A stretch of DNA of 64,000 nt from Thermodesulfobacteriota bacterium (GTDB lineage Bacteria > Desulfobacterota > Desulfarculia > JACQYL01), in contig CAXXLZ010000001.1 of the NCBI GenBank assembly GCA_963675595.2, forward strand, positions 512,001 to 576,000, written 5' to 3'. Shown piece by piece: positions 60,026 through 64,000 of this stretch (the stretch's first letter is position 1; every line of letters starts with the position of its first letter). Under the pieces are notes generated by a model, which was given only the letters and a program-made list of their open reading frames with translations, had not been told where the DNA came from and ran no database searches. The translations under genes and the position numbers were made by a program.

Positions 60026-60598
60026 ATGGCCGGCGTTCTACCTTGGAAACTTATCGGGAGTGTCCGCCGGTTTTCCGACCGGGTCTTCGACCTGCGATCG
60101 GACATGGCACAGTCGTCCATGACGGGACGGGAGCATGAATTTCACGTGCTGGAGGCGGGACCTTGGGTTAATGTAATTCCACTGACCCCCAATGAACGGG
60201 TGGTGCTCATTCGTCAGTTCCGGCACGGAATCCGGGACATGACTCTGGAGATTCCGGGCGGGATGGTGGAGCACGGTATGTCCCCGTTGCAGGCGGGCAA
60301 GCAGGAGCTTATTGAGGAAACGGGCTGCACCGCCGAGCGATGGACGGATTTGGGCTGGGTGCATCCCAACCCGGCGATTCTGACCAATCGTTGTCACACC
60401 TTTCTTGCGCGTGATTTGGCTTGTGATGAATCTCAAGAGCTCGACGAAACCGAGGAAATTGAGATTCTGAACGTGCCTTTGGACGAGATTCCCACCCTGA
60501 TTCGGGAAGGAAAGATCACTCACGCGCTGGTGGTCGTGGCCTTTTACCGTCTCTTCGTGGAAATCGGCTTCAAGGGCGGAAGCGACGCGCTTGCTTAG
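60026..60598 (+). CDS. NUDIX hydrolase (ADP-ribose pyrophosphatase-like)
   Basis: QFRHG..LEIPGG..ELIEETG Nudix box. Confidence 0.9.
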   Translation: MAGVLPWKLIGSVRRFSDRVFDLRSDMAQSSMTGREHEFHVLEAGPWVNVIPLTPNERVVLIRQFRHGIRDMTLEIPGGMVEHGMSPLQAGKQELIEETGCTAERWTDLGWVHPNPAILTNRCHTFLARDLACDESQELDETEEIEILNVPLDEIPTLIREGKITHALVVVAFYRLFVEIGFKGGSDALA

Positions 60599-60851
60599 GT
60601 CTTGAGAATACCGATCAGTCGGGCTGTCGGCTCTTCCCGTGTCGGGAGGCCGAAAACCCCGATCGGCGCATGGAATCCGTTGAATTTCAGATTGCCCCTG
60701 CAAACTTTTCGTGGAGGAATGCCGGCGAAGGGCAAGAATCGATGAATTCGCCATGATACCCTCGGAGAAGGCAACCATGCGAGGATTTGACAATGGAGCG
60801 ACGTTTTCATCTCGACCGGCGGTACTCGAATCGCCCGGCGATTTGAACGTC

Positions 60852-61376
60852 ATGGATGTGGACTGGAGGACGGAAGTAACCCGACAAGGAAACCGGGTTA
60901 CCCTGGCGGGCAGTTCCGTGGCGATGCACTGCCACCACTACAATATCAACCTTCAGACCATGTTGGAGGAGACGTTGGGAAGGGCCGGCGTGGAGCTCAT
61001 GTTCAGAGCCGCGGAGCTCTCGACGAGTCACGGATTCCGCACGCTCCTTGCCAGATATCCGCAAATACGCACCGTGAAATCGAAGATCGAACTGGCCGAA
61101 ACTCTGCACCAGACCTGTGGTATGGGTTTGATCCATTTTCGAGAGGCGGGAGCGAATCTTTCCAGAGCTGAATCCGTCTCGAGCCACCATGTAACCGGGT
61201 GGCTCGCCAAACATGGTAGAAGAACCAAACCGGGCTGCCACTTCACGAGAGGATGGATCGCCGGAATACTTTCAGTCTTGTTTGGAGGTGAATACGACGT
61301 CATCGAGACCTCGTGCAAGTTGGTCGAAGGAAACGTGTGTGAGTTCATAGCCAAAGAGAAGACCGATGGCCATTGA
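60852..61376 (+). CDS. V4R (4-vinyl reductase) domain protein 1
   Basis: MHCHHYN, GMG, CHFTRGWIAG, ETSC...CEF; start uncertain (could be 60777). Confidence 0.75.
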   Translation: MDVDWRTEVTRQGNRVTLAGSSVAMHCHHYNINLQTMLEETLGRAGVELMFRAAELSTSHGFRTLLARYPQIRTVKSKIELAETLHQTCGMGLIHFREAGANLSRAESVSSHHVTGWLAKHGRRTKPGCHFTRGWIAGILSVLFGGEYDVIETSCKLVEGNVCEFIAKEKTDGH

Positions 61377-61980
61377 TGGAGACCGAATCATCCGTGCGGT
61401 AATGTTGAAATCCGGAGTGAGGGATTCCAAAGGCATCATGCCTATCTTTGGGGTGTATCTCTCGTTGAATTACATGTCTTACTATAATGAGATTTCTTTC
61501 GAGTTTGAGCGGGCCATGGGCAAGGAAAGGAGGGAGGAGGCCGAGGGACTTCTCGTGGCCGCCGCCCAAGAGTGTGGATACGCCACGTTTCATGGGATTC
61601 GTACGTCCGCCGAATGGGGGACACTCGTTCAGCCCATGATCGAGACCGATACGGATCGAATTCATGCCTTTGCCGCCATTGCCGTTGCCCTGGGGTGGGG
61701 GGAGCTCGTCGTTGAGGAGATCGTTCCACACGAACGGCTGGTGATTCAGGCCAGAAACGGTTACGAGGCGGATGGTTACCTCCAGAACTACGGGACTGCG
61801 GACTCGGGCAGGTGTTATATGCTGCGGGGCGTTACCGCGGGTTTCATGGACCTATTATACGGTCCCCCTTATCCGGACGGGTGTTTTGCATATGAAGCCA
61901 AGGAGACGAGATGCCGCGCGATGGGAGCTCCCTACTGCGAATTCATCGCGCAGAGAAAGTCGGGAAATTCCGGACTCTGA
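61366..61980 (+). CDS. V4R (4-vinyl reductase) domain protein 2
   Basis: LGWG, CYMLRGVTAG, ETRCRAMGAPYCEF; start overlaps the end of V4R-1. Confidence 0.8.
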   Translation: MAIDGDRIIRAVMLKSGVRDSKGIMPIFGVYLSLNYMSYYNEISFEFERAMGKERREEAEGLLVAAAQECGYATFHGIRTSAEWGTLVQPMIETDTDRIHAFAAIAVALGWGELVVEEIVPHERLVIQARNGYEADGYLQNYGTADSGRCYMLRGVTAGFMDLLYGPPYPDGCFAYEAKETRCRAMGAPYCEFIAQRKSGNSGL

Positions 61981-62188
61981 GAACGAAAGGTCTTTGTCGG
62001 CGTGCTGGGACATCACTCAGTGCAATGAGGAAAGGTGCCCATCGTTCCTGAGCGAGGAAGGCTATTGCTGGCTGAGAGCGGGTACGCGCCAACGCGACCA
62101 GGCTCGGGCCGGTTTTCACGCCAAGCTTGAGCATTGCCTCGTATGCGACGTCTTTCGTAGCCATGCAAACGCGGATGACGCCGGGTGG

Positions 62189-64000
62189 ATGGGCTTTCTC
62201 GTAAAACAGGTGCGTGCTTACTGTGAAGACGTGCTCAGACGCGCCTATCAGCGAGAAGAACGGTTTTTCCAGATTCTGGATCGGCTTCCGGACGGCCTTT
62301 TCACCATAGACTCCGAATGGAAAATCACCTACATGAACCCCGCAGCGGAACTCATCACGGGATTCTCCGCCTATGATGCGGTGGGAATGTTCTGCAAGGA
62401 CGTTTTCAAGAATACGGTCTGTCTCACGGATTGTCCGGTCAAACATGCCGGGGTGACCGGTCAGAACATCTCCAACAGGGAATACACCATACGTAACGCA
62501 TTCGGACAAGAGATTCCGGTCATATGCAGCACGGCGGTGCTGAGGGGAGACGACAACGAAATTCTGGGCGGGATCGAGGTCTTCAAGGACATAACGGAAA
62601 GAAAGCGTCTCGAGGACGAACGGATTGCCTCGGAGAAGAAGTACCGCAGGATATTCGAAGGCTCCCAGGACATGATCTACTTGAACTCGAGGTCCGGAAA
62701 GCTGTTGGACATCAATCCGGCCGGAGTGAGGATGCTGGGATATTCAAGCAAGGCGGAGCTGCTGGCGCTCCAGTCGGTGGCCAAGTTATATCTTAATCCG
62801 TCGGACCCCAGAAAATTCAGAGACATCATCGAGCGGCAGGGATTCGCCAAAGACTTCGAGACGGAATTGGTCCGAAAAGACGGTAGGCCCATTACGGTTC
62901 TGCTTACCGGCAACGCGGTCTTCGATGCCAACGGCCGTTTGGAATTGATCGAAGGGTTGGCGAAAGACATCACCCAGAGAAAGGCGGCGGAGAAAAAGCT
63001 CAGGCAGCGAAACCGAGAGCTTCAATTTCTGAACAACATCTCTTTGACCATGAACCTCACCATGAATCTGGACGCCATTCTACAATTTTCTCTGGAGAAT
63101 GTGCTGAACATGTTGGGGCTCAGGCGCGGCGGGGTCTATCTGATCGACCGCGATTCGGGCGGGGCCGTTTTGAGGGCCCAAGTGGGATTGAACAGCGATC
63201 TGGTGGGCCGGAAGGGGCGGATTCGCCTCAGGGACGACCGGCTTATGAAGGCCTTGTTCCGGGAAAATACATCTTTTGCGCCCAAACCGCGCTTTCCGGT
63301 TTTTCGTGCGAACGTGAAGGTGGACGGTGAAAAATCCGTAGATTTCCATTGCTTTCTGATTACGGTGAAGGATCTGGCCACGGGATTTTTTGCTCTCGAA
63401 CCACCGCCCGACAAGGAGTTCAGCATCGAGGAAAAGGATTTGATGGGCTCAGTTGGAAATTTCCTCGGTGGGGCGGTGGAGAACACCCAATTAATGAATG
63501 CGGTGAAACGTCATAGGGAAGAACTTCAACGATTGACGGGAGAGCTTTTCCACAGCCAAGATATGGAGAGAAAGCGGATCGCTCGCGAACTGCACGATGA
63601 GGCGGGCCAGGCCCTTACCGGCATCAATCTGAGCCTTGAGAGCGTCATGCGGATGATTCCCGAAGACTCCGACGGGGTTCGGGAGGCCATCACGGAAACG
63701 CGGAAACAGGTTAACCGGACTTATCAGGATATTCGCCGGATGTCTCACCGCCTTCACCCTTCCATGCTCACTGATTTGGGCCTGAAGCCCACGCTGAACG
63801 ACATGTTCGATTATGTATGTTCCCATTTCGGGCTGCAGATCGAATTCAACATGGTGGGATTCGACTCGCGACTGGATCCCGAGGTGGAAACAGCCCTGTA
63901 CCGATTTTCCCAAGAGGCTCTCAACAATACGCTTAAGCACTCGGGAGCGGAGAACTTCAAACTGTCTCTGGTGCGCAGTTACCCCCATATCATTTTCATC
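62189..64000 (+). CDS. PAS-PAS-GAF-like sensor histidine kinase, HisKA_3 (NarX/UhpB type); partial, runs off window
   Basis: Manual translation (absent from the ORF track): LPDGLFTID..MNPAAELITG..KDITERKR; second PAS INPAG..KDITQRK; ERKRIARELHDEAGQAL; QEALNNTLKHS. Confidence 0.88.
   Translation, partial: MGFLVKQVRAYCEDVLRRAYQREERFFQILDRLPDGLFTIDSEWKITYMNPAAELITGFSAYDAVGMFCKDVFKNTVCLTDCPVKHAGVTGQNISNREYTIRNAFGQEIPVICSTAVLRGDDNEILGGIEVFKDITERKRLEDERIASEKKYRRIFEGSQDMIYLNSRSGKLLDINPAGVRMLGYSSKAELLALQSVAKLYLNPSDPRKFRDIIERQGFAKDFETELVRKDGRPITVLLTGNAVFDANGRLELIEGLAKDITQRKAAEKKLRQRNRELQFLNNISLTMNLTMNLDAILQFSLENVLNMLGLRRGGVYLIDRDSGGAVLRAQVGLNSDLVGRKGRIRLRDDRLMKALFRENTSFAPKPRFPVFRANVKVDGEKSVDFHCFLITVKDLATGFFALEPPPDKEFSIEEKDLMGSVGNFLGGAVENTQLMNAVKRHREELQRLTGELFHSQDMERKRIARELHDEAGQALTGINLSLESVMRMIPEDSDGVREAITETRKQVNRTYQDIRRMSHRLHPSMLTDLGLKPTLNDMFDYVCSHFGLQIEFNMVGFDSRLDPEVETALYRFSQEALNNTLKHSGAENFKLSLVRSYPHIIFI

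Overview
GC-rich bacterial chromosome window, most likely Desulfobacterota/Deltaproteobacteria (inferred from gene content and repeat types). From left to right: (i) a nested IS3-in-IS3 insertion into an AT-rich FRG-domain gene; (ii) a ~14-kb minus-strand catabolic cluster (GntR, XDH-family FAD/FeS/Mo subunits, Liv-type ABC transporter, TIM-barrel isomerase, 2-hydroxyacid dehydrogenase, XdhC) interrupted by a ~216-bp palindromic tandem array; (iii) housekeeping and stress genes (T6P-synthase family, lactate permease, elbB, larB, arfB, DUF3524 glycosyltransferase) and an OmpR/BaeS-type pair whose kinase carries a premature TAA; (iv) a ~14-kb metal/cofactor uptake region with a secreted ~20x DxDGDG-repeat protein, ExbB-ExbD-TonB, two FmdE paralogues, a FecCD-type ABC transporter, a TonB-dependent receptor and a methyltransferase; its two transcription units share an unnamed leader/terminator motif; (v) DAK2/DegV, cobU-cobT-cobS, asnS and neighbours; (vi) a tandem V4R pair ahead of a PAS-PAS-GAF-like HisKA_3 kinase that runs off the right edge. 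Two families of dispersed palindromic non-coding elements are present. I saw no tRNA, rRNA or CRISPR array. All calls are by-eye motif recognition; no database searches were run.
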